Assembly (NCBI GenBank): GCA_964016885.1
Contig: OZ024743.1
Span: 110,050,001-110,114,000, forward strand
Source: Eledone cirrhosa
Taxonomy: Eukaryota
Direction: 5' to 3'
DNA: 64,000 bases
This document shows, piece after piece, positions 26,039 to 42,910 of this stretch. Under the pieces are notes generated by a model. That model worked only from the letters and a program-made list of their open reading frames with translations, did no database searches and was not told the origin of the DNA. The position numbers and the translations under genes are program-made. Position 1 is the first letter of the stretch, and the number at the start of each line of letters is the position of its first letter.

Positions 26039-28350
26039 ATATAGCTAGCAACTACAGGATCTACTACTTCCTCTTAATAGTTATACGCCCCATAATGAAG
26101 ATGTCCCCATATGTATGTGACAATGCAGTGGACCTCCTCAGCAGAATGAGTGAGTCTAACAAAACCAGTAAACTATCCAACTGCATAATAGGCAGTATGG
26201 ATGTGGAATCACTGTACCCATCCATTAACATTGATTTTGCTGTGGATAAATGTGTGGAGATGATCATTGAGAGTGACGTGGAGTTCTGCGAGGTCGACAC
26301 AGACGAACTGGGTCTCCTACTTAGACCTACCTACGACACTGGCTACCTAGACAGGCATGACCTTAGACGTTTGTGCCCCAGTAGACCCATAAGTGGTAGA
26401 ACCCCACCATAACCTCAATGGCAAAAAAGACTCCCATGGGAAGGTGGATTGGGTGGACCAAAGCTATACGGACCCCCCAAAACAATGATCAGGTAAGAAA
26501 AATGGTCACACATGCAATAGGGGCTAGTATCAAAACTACCCCAAAGGGCCACATATTCAAGATCTACACCCACAATGAGGGAGAAGCCATTGGCGTCAGT
26601 ATAGCTGGTGACGTTGCCAACCTTTTTATGCTATGTTGGGACAGGAGACTCAAAGATCTACTTGCTGAGAGCTCATTAGACCTCATCATGTACTCTCGTT
26701 ACGTAGACGACATCAATATATTAATAAGGACATCCCCACAATAGAGCAATAACAAGTTTGATTTAGAACGTAGCACAATGGAAAGCATCCAGCAGATAGT
26801 TAATTCCATACACCAGAGTATAACTGTAACTATCGACTACGCTTCGAAACACCCTAACAATAGACTACTTGTATTAGACACGGAACTCTGGATTAACACT
26901 ATAGACGAAAGAGCCCAAATTCTCCACTCACACTATGCTAAACCCATGGCCTCCAAATACCTGATACTCAAAAGCTCAGCAATGTCCAGTAGGGCTAAGT
27001 TTAATATTCTGATCGCAGACATGGTACGAGTGATGGAGAACGTGTCCCGCTTGTGCGACCCAACATAAATGGAAAGACACATACAACACTTCATCAACCG
27101 CATGCAATTCTCTGGCTACAACCAAAGAGACAGAATCAGAGTATACGAAGGAGCCACGGAGATGTATATGAACCTCATAGAACTGGACATGAAAGGAATT
27201 TTCCCATTATAGAGAAGCAAATCATGGAATAGGTTAGTTAGGACTAGACATAAGATAGGGAGAGCCACCTCATGGTACGACAACCAGAGATACCAGAGTG
27301 TCATGTTTGTGGACGCCACTCCTGGAGGGAAATTTACTAACCTGTGTAGAAAGTCCCTGAGAAAGACCCACTTAAAGATGAAGGTGGTAGAAAAGCAAGG
27401 AACCACCATAAAATCCCTGATCAGCAAAGCCTACCCTTTTAAGAAAACCCACTGTACTAATAGGAAATTTATCATATGTAAATTAAACCCCAGATAAACT
27501 GTAAAACTAGAAACGTAGTCTATACCATAGGATGTACAGGGTGTACTTGCAGAAACATGACTACAACATACATAGGCGAGACAGTTCGTAGCATGGATGA
27601 AAGGATAGACCAACACTGGGTGGAACTAAAAGGACCAAAAAACGGTTCAGTACTATAGGAACATGCCAGACAACAACACATCGGTAACATAGACAACAGA
27701 GGAGTTAGAATAATATCTAAACATACAAATGACTCAGCAGATAGGCAAATCAGAGAGGACAGCGAAATAGAACTTAGAAGGCCAAGGCTAAACAGAAAAA
27801 AATGAATGGAATAACAACACCCAAACAAAGAACACTGACCTAAGAGAAATATAAATAAATAAATAAATAAATAAATACATACACAAGCACAATAACAACA
27901 AACACATATAAACACACACTAGTAAACTACGATAGAATACATTAACCAATACACAGTCACCCAGACAAGAACATACATCAAACAAAACACTATACACACG
28001 CGAAAACGCATGCGCAGAGGAGACAATGAAATAAACAAATAAATAAATAAACAGACTAAATAAAGATGGCGTAGGCAAACAATGCAACGGGAGGAAACAT
28101 AATAGCACCACTGGCGATGCTGCAGATGTGCAACGAAAGAACGTTGATAGACTATATATATGTGTTTGTGTCTATATTGTATCTGTATTTTTCACCGTTG
28201 GTCACTCAATGGTAACATTGAAGACCGAATAAATTAAATTAACCGATATAAAAGACAGAGAAGCAAAAACCAACCAAACAGTGAGTGTGTTCTGTTATTA
28301 ATTCTGGCAATATTATTACACAAATATGACCCTCCCCAAGTATAACAATA
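26039..28350 (+). mobile_element. Penelope-like element (RT + GIY-YIG), 5'-truncated, right arm of the inverted pair
   Basis: SMDVESLYPSI, GEAIGVSIAGDVAN, YSRYVDD, LDTELW; GIY-YIG region ~27490-27790; 3' end abuts (TA)n. Confidence 0.92.
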
Positions 28351-28367
28351 TATATATATATATATAG

Positions 28368-28436
<69 letters not shown>

Positions 28437-28877
28437 TGTATGTGTGTGCGTGTGTGTGTGTGTGTGTGTGTAATCATATAAAATATAATCTACCATTATT
28501 CAAAAATTTAATATTAAAATTCGTATACGTCTGTCGAACTTATTCGATCACTATTCATAAATATATTTAATCATATGTTTATATTTCATTGAATGTTGAA
28601 ATGTATTTACATACGCCTATAGATTAACGTACAGAAATATATATATTTGCATTAATATAATACACTATGTTGTTTGGGCAGAGATAGATTTTACACGATA
28701 AGAATTACTTGTGAAACATGTTTGAATGTATCATAACAAAATATATAGTAATTTAATTATTTGCCGTTCATTGCTTTAGGTATTTTATGTTAATATATTA
28801 TATAAATTATTTAACTTTAATTCAATAGATCTTAATCTATTTACCGTAGTGTTTATTTAGTTGTAATTTATATAGAA

Positions 28878-28945
<68 letters not shown>

Positions 28946-30643
28946 TGTTTGCTTCTGTCAGTACAGTTATGTTTCTAATGCTAAAACAATATCAATCAAT
29001 AACTCCATGTATATTGTATATATATATATGTATACATATATTTATATATATATATATATATGCATGTGTTTGTTTGTGTGTGTGCGTGTGCGTGTGTGTA
29101 TTTGTGTGTGTGTGGGGGGTGTATGTGTGTGTGTGTGTGTGTTTTGGAGCTTGTCTGAATGCTTATTGTAACAAACAAGACTGCATGTATACAGTAGCAT
29201 TTTGAATATACGTATATAAGACAAATGCAATAATCCATAACTCGAGGTTTCCTTTTAATGTGTAATAGTGTATATTATATATTATATGTCCTTTTCTTAA
29301 ATATATAGCTCTTATGTACTGAAAAATCTCACGAAATTAGAAAAGAAATATTCGTATTGTGGAATAAACATTTGTAACGATCATTAGCATAAATGATGAA
29401 TATTTTCAAAAATTATAACAGCAATTATCAATCTGTATGTAATGATTATTCAGCTCGATGATGAATATATCCATGTGGCATGTCTTTTCCCATATTTCAT
29501 CTTCAGATTAGGATATTAGTCCCGGGGCCCAAGTCATTGTACTGAGTTGTTTAACGAGGTTTGGTATCTTTACTTGGCTTTACATGTCTAGTTTAACGAC
29601 ATTCTGTCAATCGGCGGGGCGCTGTAGGTTCATCAAGTTTTCAGAGAAGATTATAGGAACTCATGTGAAGGAAGGTTCTTTAAATTTCTCTATATGAAAA
29701 TGTGGCGATATTGTTTCATCTTTTAAATTAAAGCCAAATACCCGAGCTTTCCATTCAGATATAACTCTCTTCCTCCACAAAGTATTGTATACTGTTTGCA
29801 CGTAGGAAACTTTACAAGTATAGTTAGCAAGAGTTGTCTGATTAACCATAAATCTATATATTAAATTAATGTTCCATTATTCATATATTTATAATTTAAA
29901 TATATATTCTACACTTAGTTCTGTGGGATGATATGTTCCCTCATTGAAGAGCACGAACATTACACGAGGTTCCAAATACCTACATCAATAATTTAACCTA
30001 CAACCTCCAAGTAACTTCTTCTATGTTGAACCGTTGGGTATCTTCATTTGAAACGTGTCATATTATCTAATCAAACAAATAACAGACAAAATAGACAGCA
30101 GCGTCAACTACGACCATACTGATTACGAATTTCCAACATGCAACAAGACATTGCTGTGCTTATAATCTATTTCTCAATATTTTGGAAGCGGTGGAATCTT
30201 TCCAACCCGTATGATGAGATGGATATTAGTGCTGTAAAACGACAATCGTAAATTCATTGATATGCTTGAATAGATTGATGTATTGAAAGCAGTTTTTTGT
30301 TTGATGTAAGTTTCATGGAATTATCTCTATTGGATTAGAGAATAAACTAAGAACAACGTTACTGTTTTCTGCCTTCAATTCCGTAACTGGTTTATGACAT
30401 CCACGAGAAAAAAAAATCTATTTAACTATTATCATTGATGAATAAAGGAAATACATAGTTTTAGAAACACAACATTTTAGTGAACACCTCGGTTCAATTA
30501 CATAGGTTATTGCGGTATTTTATTTACAAGTAAATGAATATTTTTTTTTTACAAACAATTGACTAATGGAATAATATAGTACTGGGCCCGCGAGTACAAT
30601 TTATTTGCTTTAACAATGTTATCTAATTACAGTACATTATTAT

Positions 30644-30744
<101 letters not shown>

Positions 30745-30779
30745 TGAATACAATAACTGTAACCTGAGTTTTTCGAATA

Positions 30780-31195
30780 TTAATAATTGTTTCTACTTTA
30801 GCACAAGGCCAGCAATTACCCAGTGCATTACTGGTACTTTATGTTATCGACCCCGTAAGGATGAAAGACAAAGTCAACCTCGGCGGGATTTGAACTCAGA
30901 TCGTAAAGGGACGTAACTATGCTGGAAAGCATGGCGTCCGACCCTCTACCGATACTGCCAATCCACCGCCCTTTTCGAATATTAATAATTGTCTCTACTT
31001 TAGGCACAAGGCCAGCAATTACCCAGTGCATTACTGGTACTTTATTTTATCGACCCCGTAAGGATGAAAGGCAAAGTCAACCTCGGCGGGATTTGAACTC
31101 AGATCGTAAAGGGACGTAACTATGCTAGAAAGCATGGCGTCCGACCTTCTACCGATACTGCCAATCCACCGCCATTTCGAATATTAATAATAACA
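30780..31195 (-). mobile_element. SINE family 1, two tandem full copies (~200 bp each)
   Basis: A-box TGGCAGTATCGG and B-box GAGTTCAAATCC on the minus strand, plus core and tail. Confidence 0.88.
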
Positions 31196-31373
31196 TTCGA
31201 TTCGTTTGCAATCATGCAAACAAGCCTCAATATTATAGCCATGTCAGTGGAATGAACACTTCATTCTTGCTCTTGTATTTGCATGCGAACAGAACTGCAG
31301 TACCACCGTTGAAACACTTGTAATCACACGGAATAAATTACCTTTTTCTGATGTCTACCGGTTATTATTCATT

Positions 31374-31449
<76 letters not shown>

Positions 31450-31476
31450 TTATATATATATATAAATATTTATATA

Positions 31477-31553
<77 letters not shown>

Positions 31554-31658
31554 TTTTCCGTAGTGTTGTAATATGAATATTACACACAGTAGATGGACAG
31601 CTCACGTAGGGTTTGCTCGACGGTTCCAGTTGTAGTTTCAAAAGTAATCCGGAGAAAA

Positions 31659-32337
31659 TAGAAGGATTTAAATGGATACAGTTCAGTAAAAGGAATTTAT
31701 TGACACGTGTTTTAATAATAGTTATATAACCTGAAAACAGCTGCTATCTACAAAGTAATAATTATGCAAACACTCAATATTTCAATGTCATTTTCAACTA
31801 TCATTTCATCAGAATAATCTCATTGAGAACTTGTTTGGTTTTTATAGAGAATATTGAGAGGGAGGAGTGAAGTTTTTAATAGCAGTGGGTAATTAGATTC
31901 CCATCTGTTGTTTTGACATTTTTATAGAATACATTATTTGGCGTTGGTTATTTTTCTAAATCTATAGAAGGATTAGAGATAGTAAAGTTATGCATGGTTG
32001 GTTTTGTGTTTGCACTTAATTAACATACAGACTTAAATGTTTACGTGTGTGTATCCGTTCGCCCACACATAGATATATGTGTAAATATACTTATTTTTTT
32101 AAAAAACATACACATTCACACACATACATATATGCAAACCTCTACAAATACATACACTCACATACACATACGTACATGCTCATACTTACATACATATATA
32201 CATGTACATATATATATATACACATATATATGTACCCACATACGCATTCATGTATATACACTTTCATACTCTACTTATCTTCATATACATACATATAGAC
32301 ACACACATATATACATACATACTCCTGTCTATGTGTA

Positions 32338-32379
<42 letters not shown>

Positions 32380-32418
32380 CACATATACATGAATACACAT
32401 ACATTTAATTATACACAT

Positions 32419-32457
<39 letters not shown>

Positions 32458-34030
32458 TCACCCACTTATTTACTTATTTATATACATTTTCACCTATATA
32501 CATACATATGGTCGCTTTTAGACACATTCATTATAGCATATTCGCACCTATTCTCACCAGCATATTTATTCATTATTAGTGTGATAATTTAAGGTTATTA
32601 ATAGTACATATATATGTTGAGAAGTGATTGTTTTTATATTTTTTTAAATAGATTGAGGATTTGTATAGTTGGGAGGATGTCCCTCGTTTATGTAATATTC
32701 AGCTTGTAGTGGGAAAAAAGGGTTTTAGTTCGGTGACGGCAGAATAATGTTCGTTCAATTCTGTTATTAAGCAGTTTCTTCTTGTGTGTGATTATGTAAT
32801 AAATCTCAAAATTACATAATTTGCAGAAATTTTGACTCCTGGAAAAGCTTTGGGTTTTAACTAATTTCTCCCATTTTAGGGTAAACTTTTGATCGCTATC
32901 CCTGATGGTCCAAGCTTCTTCTGCTAAAGTTGTTACATTTATTTGGCTCTGGTGTTTTATTGAGTAAGAATTCCTATATAATCGAGATTTAAACGATGTT
33001 GCCGTTGATCCCACGTAATACCACTCGTTGCCTCCGAATTCAATGGTACACTTATAGAAGATATTTTTTTCAAGTCAGTTATTGTCGAGGGGGCAATTGT
33101 CAGGATAGGTGCAGTTACAGTTGTGTATGTTGGTTTTGTAGTTAGGTTTACTCTGGAGTAGTATTGCGGACGAACTTAGGTGTGGTTTATTTATGTTCTG
33201 TAGTGTATTGTCTACGTTTTTTTGTGTGCTCTGTGTACTTAAGTTTTTAATGTTTTCGTTTAACCTTCTAGTATTGATCTTTTTATGTGTTGTTCAAGGT
33301 TTAACGCTGTAGAGTATGACAGTCTTATAGTGGTAGGGTTTAGGATTTTGTGGTATTTGTGTGATGTAGGAAAATGTTTCCTAACTATTTTAAAGAAGAG
33401 TACTGGAAAATTTGTATTAATGGAACTATTGTATTCAGGGTTATACCATAAGTACTCTTTGCATCGCTTTCTATTAGTTTTGTTTGTTGGTTTACTGGTG
33501 TGTACACTATGGTAGTAACTGTGGTTTGGTGTTGTGTTATTATTTCTACCTATGTGGGATTTATTTTGGGTGTTTTGATTGTTTTCATCTATATATTCTA
33601 TTTTGTTGAGGTAGCCCGCTTTATTAAGGGCGTTATCGTAGTACTCGGCGTGTTCCATAAATACTTGTATGTTAGAAGATAGACCCGAAATTCTAAGGGA
33701 AATATTTTTAGGGATAGATTTAACTATAGAGATGGGGTGGTTAGACCCAACATTTACGTACTTGAGATTTTCATTCACTTTATGAAACGGATTAATCAGA
33801 CCAGAGTTTAAATTGAGTGTGACATCCAGGAAGTTAACTACTTTAATGTTGTGTTCATATGTTATAGTTAGCCCTATTTCGAGTAGTAGTTTTCTTATAT
33901 ATTTGCGTTGTTTTTCTAGTTTTTGGTTATTTAAGCTTTTAACTAGGAGGAGAGCATCATCGCGGTATATTCCACCATGGAAATTACTGAATTTTTCCTT
34001 GGAGTTTGGAGGCGATAAATAACCCCACAA
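31659..34030 (-). mobile_element. Naiad-like Penelope element, 5'-truncated (RT C-terminus, linker, GIY-YIG, 3' UTR)
   Basis: GIYRDDAL, FLDVTLNL, SNHP, WYNPEY, RLSYS, CNC..CPL, IFYKC..YYVGST, CKLC, CRH motifs; degenerate hammerhead-like motif at 31778-31817. Confidence 0.85.
32688..34030 (-). pseudogene. Naiad-like RT-GIY-YIG ORF fragment
   Basis: Continuous after a 1-bp frameshift in the A-run at ~33282; the only other interruption is a TGA at 33075-33077. Confidence 0.8.
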
Positions 34031-34139
34031 TATCAGTTATTTCCGCCGAATCGTGAGAGCCCATTGTTATGTCAAAGTTGGAGGATCTATCGTTACGAAC
34101 CCAATAACTGTTCTCAAATTTGACTATAGTTTTCCTAGC

Positions 34140-34213
34140 TTTTCAGGTTTTATAACTGTTATTGAAACACGTGTCAATAAATTCCTTTTACTGAACTGTA
34201 TCCATTTAAATCC

Positions 34214-34218
<5 letters not shown>
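34140..34218 (+). repeat. Inverted copy of the Naiad-like element 3' end
   Basis: Reverse complement of 31659-31737; abuts (TA)n. Confidence 0.88.
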
Positions 34219-35366
<1,148 letters not shown>

Positions 35367-35419
35367 TATTGAAGTTTGCTTGAAGCATTATGGAATAATA
35401 AGGTAAATTTCTTTAAGTC

Positions 35420-35680
35420 TTTCGGAAGCCTCGACAATGCAGATGGGTAAATCTCCGGGTAACAAGATCCGGTGGTGCAGAGAGACATGTAAGTGGGTGT
35501 ACGTTGAGATGCGTGGCGTGTATAAGACTCTAACGTGTAGAGGAATAAAGCAATGACCGTAAATGATAAAAATAAATATAACAGCACGAGAAAGAGTTAC
35601 CTTGGGAGAGATTTAATTGTCCCTATATATTTCGGATTCACATCCATCAACTGGAGTTTTTTTCCGGGGGGGGGGGGGGA
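35420..35680 (-). repeat. Dispersed repeat with a variant hammerhead-like fold (second copy 42030-42250)
   Basis: Shared CAGATGGGTAAATCTCCGGGTAACA and TTTAATTGTCCCTATA blocks. Confidence 0.8.
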
Positions 35681-35728
35681 TGTTGTCTGTATATATATTT
35701 ATATAAATATATATATGTATATATTTAA

Positions 35729-35808
<80 letters not shown>

Positions 35809-35961
35809 GAGAGACGTAAAACAAGAAAATTATAAAATTAACTTACTTACTAAAATTTCACTCCCAACTAATTAGTTTCTGAAATGGAATAAATATACTT
35901 TCCGAAGAAAATATTGAGAAGCATTTCGTCGTCAGGGAAGACTATTCTCAGCTAAGTATCC

Positions 35962-36638
35962 AGGCAAAGCGAGGACTCTGGAAGCTTATACAAAAATAAT
36001 TCAGTGGATAGAAAATAGCAAAGCGTGGACTGAATTCCTAGCCATTGAGAAAATCACTGCCTCTGCACCGGTGGCAAATTCAAGAAGAATCAATCACGTG
36101 ACATCGAGATCAATCAGTGAAAAGTGGTTTGTTAATAAGACAGCGGCCTGCCTGCTACCATAGCAGCAGTCTTGGCCAATATTGCTCGACAAATAATTTG
36201 GAGATAATTATAAAGAATTAATATCTAGTAACATATATATACATACAGATGCCTAACAATGCTAGCAAATATATAGGTTTTGTCTATTGATCTGCAACCA
36301 CATGCATTGAACCACAAAGTTATAAAGACAAATCTATATATTTGCTAGCATTGATATGCATCTGTATGTTACTAGATATTAATTCTTTATAATTATCCCC
36401 AAATTAGTTGTCGAGCAATATTGGCCAAGACTGTTGCTATGGTAGCAGGCAGGCCGCTGTCTTATTAACAAACCACTTTCCACTGATTGACCTCGATGTC
36501 ACGTGATTGATTCTTTTTGAATTTGCCACCGACGCAGAGGCAGTGATTTTCTCAATGGCTAGGAATTCAGTCCACGCTTTGCTATTTTCTATCCACTGAA
36601 TTATTTTTGTATAAGTTTCCAGAGTCCTCGGTTTGCCT
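35962..36638. repeat. Long inverted repeat (~310-bp arms, ~55-bp spacer)
   Basis: 35962-36278 is the reverse complement of 36335-36638 with few mismatches. Confidence 0.93.
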
Positions 36639-36690
36639 TAGCAGAGACCGCTGGAGAGAACTCGTCCATGTATCTTGTGAATTTTACCCG

Positions 36691-36730
<40 letters not shown>

Positions 36731-36732
<2 letters not shown>

Positions 36733-37852
36733 GATTTTTAAAGCGATGAAATACCAATGAATGTTGGAAGATCACTGATGAAGGACTAATTTTATTCATA
36801 TGTAACCCATATGCAACCACGCAGCACTACATTTTTCTTATAATTTTATTTTTTCCTCAGCTGCGACCTGTCTGTTTCTTTCTTACAGCTTCCTTTCTCT
36901 CTGTATCACTCACCTTCTTTTTACCCCTCTCTACCAGTCACACTCTCTCTCAGCTGGCCTCTTCCTCACACTTCCACTCACTCACTCTCTGCTTCGCCCC
37001 CTCTCTCACTTCCTCCCGTTTGACCTGTGTGAAATCCTTTACTCGCTCAGATCTCACCCAGGTCGGATGGTCTGTATCTCCCGTCCATGATTACACAAAG
37101 CTTAAGCTTATAGATATCATGTGCTTGCGCCTCCTATCCTTCCGTTGCAATACCATCTTTGTTTGTTTACAAGTCTCCCTCGCTTCACCCTATTTTACTT
37201 GTCCCGATAACTTTACTTAGTTATTGCACGAACCAACCAGAGGTATATGATTTTTAAAGCTGTAAATACCAATGAAGGTTTGAAGATCACTGATGAAGGA
37301 CTAATTTTATTCATGTGTAACCCATGTTTAACCACGCTGCACTCCATTTTTCTCATATCTATATTCTTTCATCAGCTGCAACCTGTCTGTTTCCTTCTTA
37401 CTGCTTCCCCTCTCTCTGTATCTCTCACCTTCTTTTTACCCCCCTCTGCCAGTCACACTCTCTCAGCTGGCCTCTTTCTCTCACTTACACTCACTCACTC
37501 TCTGCTTCTCCCTCTCTCACTTCCTCCCGCTTGACCTGTGTGAAATCCTTTACTCGCTCACATCTCACCCAGGTCGGATGGTCTATATCTCTCGTTCATG
37601 ATTTTACAAAGCTTAAGTTATAGATACTTGCCTCTACCTATCTTTCCGTTGCAATACCATCGTTGTTCGTTTACATGTCTCGATCGCTTCACGCTATTTT
37701 ACTTGTCCCAATAACTTTATTTATTTATTGCTCGAACCAACCAGAGGTATATGATATTTAAAGCGCTGAAATACCAATGAAGGTTGGAAGATCACTGATG
37801 AAGAACTAATTTGTTTCATATGTAACCCATGTGCAACCACGGAGCACTCCAT
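36731..37852 (+). repeat. Tandem repeat, ~505-515 bp period, 2.2 units
   Basis: Units start at 36731, 37247 and 37751; same family as 21999-22852. Confidence 0.9.
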
Positions 37853-37876
37853 ATTTATATATATATATAAATATAT

Positions 37877-37972
37877 AGAAGTGGTTACACAACAGTTAGT
37901 TCACCATACTGAGAACGATTGTTTCACAATTGTTCTCGGTATGGTGAAATAACTGTTGGGTAAACACTTCTA
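37877..37972. repeat. Imperfect hairpin (~45-bp arms)
   Basis: AGAAGTGGTTACACAACAGTTAGTTCACCATAC...GTATGGTGAAATAACTGTTGGGTAAACACTTCT. Confidence 0.85.
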
Positions 37973-38003
37973 CCACTACGGAGATTACCTTCCAGTGTTC
38001 TAC

Positions 38004-38080
<77 letters not shown>

Positions 38081-39023
38081 TATCATGCATAATATCTCAA
38101 TATCGGTAAACATATCTAATTCCCCAAAGATTATACACACAGAACATCTTATACAACATCACTGACGGGTAGATCCTAAAGTAATCTGAAACAATATTTT
38201 AGCGATCGTTTCATTGATATGTTATTTGGGATATTTACTACTCCTTAAATGTTGAGTTTATGGGTTTATATTGACTGCTAATGCTAGTGGCAATTTAGAA
38301 TGGGATCTTTGTGTGTAATAAACAACTATTTACATTGATGGTCGAAATACACATGCATGTAATATTTTCTATCACGCTAGTTCGATGAAGACGAATGAAA
38401 TTTACTAAAAAGTTTACATATTCTCTTCTTATACCGTAAAGAATCTCTGTCATGAAAGGATCTTTTGCCATGATGGACCGACTTAAACTATTGGAATGGT
38501 CAGTATTGTTTCTCGGTCTTGGACAACATAGTGAAGACTTCTAGGTTTCAGTCACTTTCAGTCAACTAATAAGACTCTACCCCTGGAGAGGATGCTTATG
38601 AAATTTACTTGTCTTAGAATCCTTTACTACGATCTATCCCTCAGTGATTTTGTATACACGTAGTATATACATATACATACATCCCCCCCCCCAATATATA
38701 TATATATATATATATACATATATACACTAGCTGCAGTACCCGGTATTACGCGGGGAAAGTGGGGTTATTCGCAGTTCCCAGAGTGCGCCTGAAAATGCTA
38801 GTGACCTTGGGTGCCAATACTAGATTTTCATTAGCAACCATTGCTAATTGGGTTTATGGCAGCTCAATAACAGTTTAAGTCATAAGCCCTTCTTCCATCC
38901 AGCTTTCTTCAGTCAAAGTAAATAGGCCAGGGAAGATTGAGCTCGAACAATATCGAGCTTATTCAACAAACGTGTGTATAACAATAGCAAACTTAGTGCA
39001 TTAGCGCGCAAGAATAAACTCAG

Positions 39024-39065
<42 letters not shown>

Positions 39066-39134
39066 GTTATTCCGGGTTGAATCGGAGGTAACCACAGTAA
39101 GTAAGGTACTCAATACATTGCAGGGTATACAAGT

Positions 39135-41061
<1,927 letters not shown>

Positions 41062-41078
41062 TATATATATATATATAT

Positions 41079-41163
<85 letters not shown>

Positions 41164-41166
41164 GCA

Positions 41167-41527
41167 AGTAAGTATGTTTTGAAACAGTGAGCAGGTTTGA
41201 AATTAGAAAATATATAGCTTTCACCGCATTATCAGGCTAAAATTCCTTTAGTCAAAAATACGGTGAAAGCTATATATTTTATAATTTCAAACCTGCTCAC
41301 TGTTTCAAAACATACTTACTTTCCATTTAAACTCGGTAAGAATGTAGTTTCTAATTTGAATGGAAAGATATGGGTGATGTGTTGGTGTAATGGTAGCACA
41401 GTGGTCGCGACAACCAGAGATGTGGGTTCGACACCCATGTACGCCAATGCTCAACTTTTTCCATTTATTTGAGGGTTCTAAACACCATTATCAGGCTAAA
41501 ATTCCTTTAGTCAAAAATACGGTGAAA
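41167..41527 (+). repeat. Repeat with an internal tRNA-like module and inverted/tandem ends
   Basis: Hairpin 41167-41321; TGGTGTAATGG and GGTTCGACACC boxes at ~41383-41435; homologue at 55109-55568. Confidence 0.75.
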
Positions 41528-41983
41528 AATATGTGTGTGTGTGTAAACCTGTAAACAGAAGTAACAACACGATCGGTACAGTATATGGAAGGTATATATT
41601 AGTTTAACGCTTGATATAGCAGGAAGCGGGTCTTAAAGTTTCTGACGCTAGTCCTTCATCAGAAAAAAGAATGAGAAATAAAATAGATTGAGGAGACGGG
41701 CGGGTTGGAATTCGAGAAAATGTCTTTAGATAAAAATAACAGGTCCATTCATGTTGACATCTCTTGCAACTATGTGTGTATATGTTGTTTGTGTGTGTGT
41801 GAGTGTTTGTAGGTGCCAGACTAAATAACACGCACCTTCTGATGTATGAACACATCTCCTGAGTAAATTTTAATGTTCGTCTTTTATATTTACACTCTCT
41901 CTCACAGTCTTCAAATACACACATACACACATGGACACATTCACACATTCAGACCCCCCCCCACACACACACACATATATTTA

Positions 41984-42022
<39 letters not shown>

Positions 42023-42870
42023 GTTCGTTTTGGAAGCTTCAACAATACAGATGGGTAAATCTCCGGGTAACAGGATCAGGTAGTAATGGCAGAGATGTAA
42101 GAGGAAATGTAGAATGAGACGTATAGTGTGTAGAGGAACGTAGGAGAGAGTGTAAAAATAATAACACGAGATAGAGTTACATTGGAAATGGTTTAATTGT
42201 CCCTATATTTCAGATTTCGCATCCATCAACTGGGGGGTTTCCCAGGGGGAAAGTTTTTAGTCGGAGAGAGACAACACGTATCCTCTGTTGTCTTGCGTGT
42301 GTGTACAACTGAACTACTCCGTAGGGAGCGCGTGCGAGCGGAATAGCTGCGGTCAGACAAAGGTCGAGGCAGTTCTTTGATACAAGAGTAGTGGGATGGT
42401 GATGTGGCAGTGAGTACGCATCTTCACTGTCAGATTCTTATATTCATTTTTTGATACTGACAGGTGTGGTGTGGTATTGGTTGTCTGCCTGATTGTCTTT
42501 TCTCAGTCGCTGGTTGGTGGACGCTGGATTGTGGACACTATATATATATACACAATAACGATCGCTTAATTGCTACCGTGTGTGTTGTTACACCAGCAAT
42601 CTCGTCTCACTTCTCTCGGATCGGTTATTTATTTGTGGTCCGAGGTGTTTGATCCAAAGTGTTTCCTTGAGATTTAAAGTGCCGCCGTTGCCTTCCGTCA
42701 CTAACACTGTGACAATGAGCCGTCCGTCTTTGTTTCCACATTTGATTATGTGTTTCCGGAAAGAGAAGGCCCTAGTGTTGGTGTGCTCCTTGATCCGGAC
42801 TTACATTGTTGAGTCTTCCAAAACGACCAAGTTTATTATTACACATTGCTTGAAACAAACTTCAACACTT

Positions 42871-42906
<36 letters not shown>

Positions 42907-42910
42907 TTTT

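Noticed and set aside
29661-29849. Short ORF with an Ig-like YTC motif
   Set aside because: Flanked by stops, no clear splice sites, and too little signal.
32490-32545. Possible SECIS (ATGA...AAAA hairpin) on the minus strand
   Set aside because: Spacing is too short and the 3' GA of the quartet is missing.
38725-38760. ACTAG..TACCCGG terminus (also 54311) resembling Helitron/Helentron ends
   Set aside because: The matching opposite terminus could not be identified.
41375-41447. Possible tRNA gene
   Set aside because: Acceptor and anticodon arms are imperfect and differ between copies; it is part of a dispersed repeat.
41630-41668. CTGATGA aggac-tagc-gtca GAAA on the minus strand
   Set aside because: Stems I and III are unconvincing and the related copy at 48.17k lacks the core; left uncalled.
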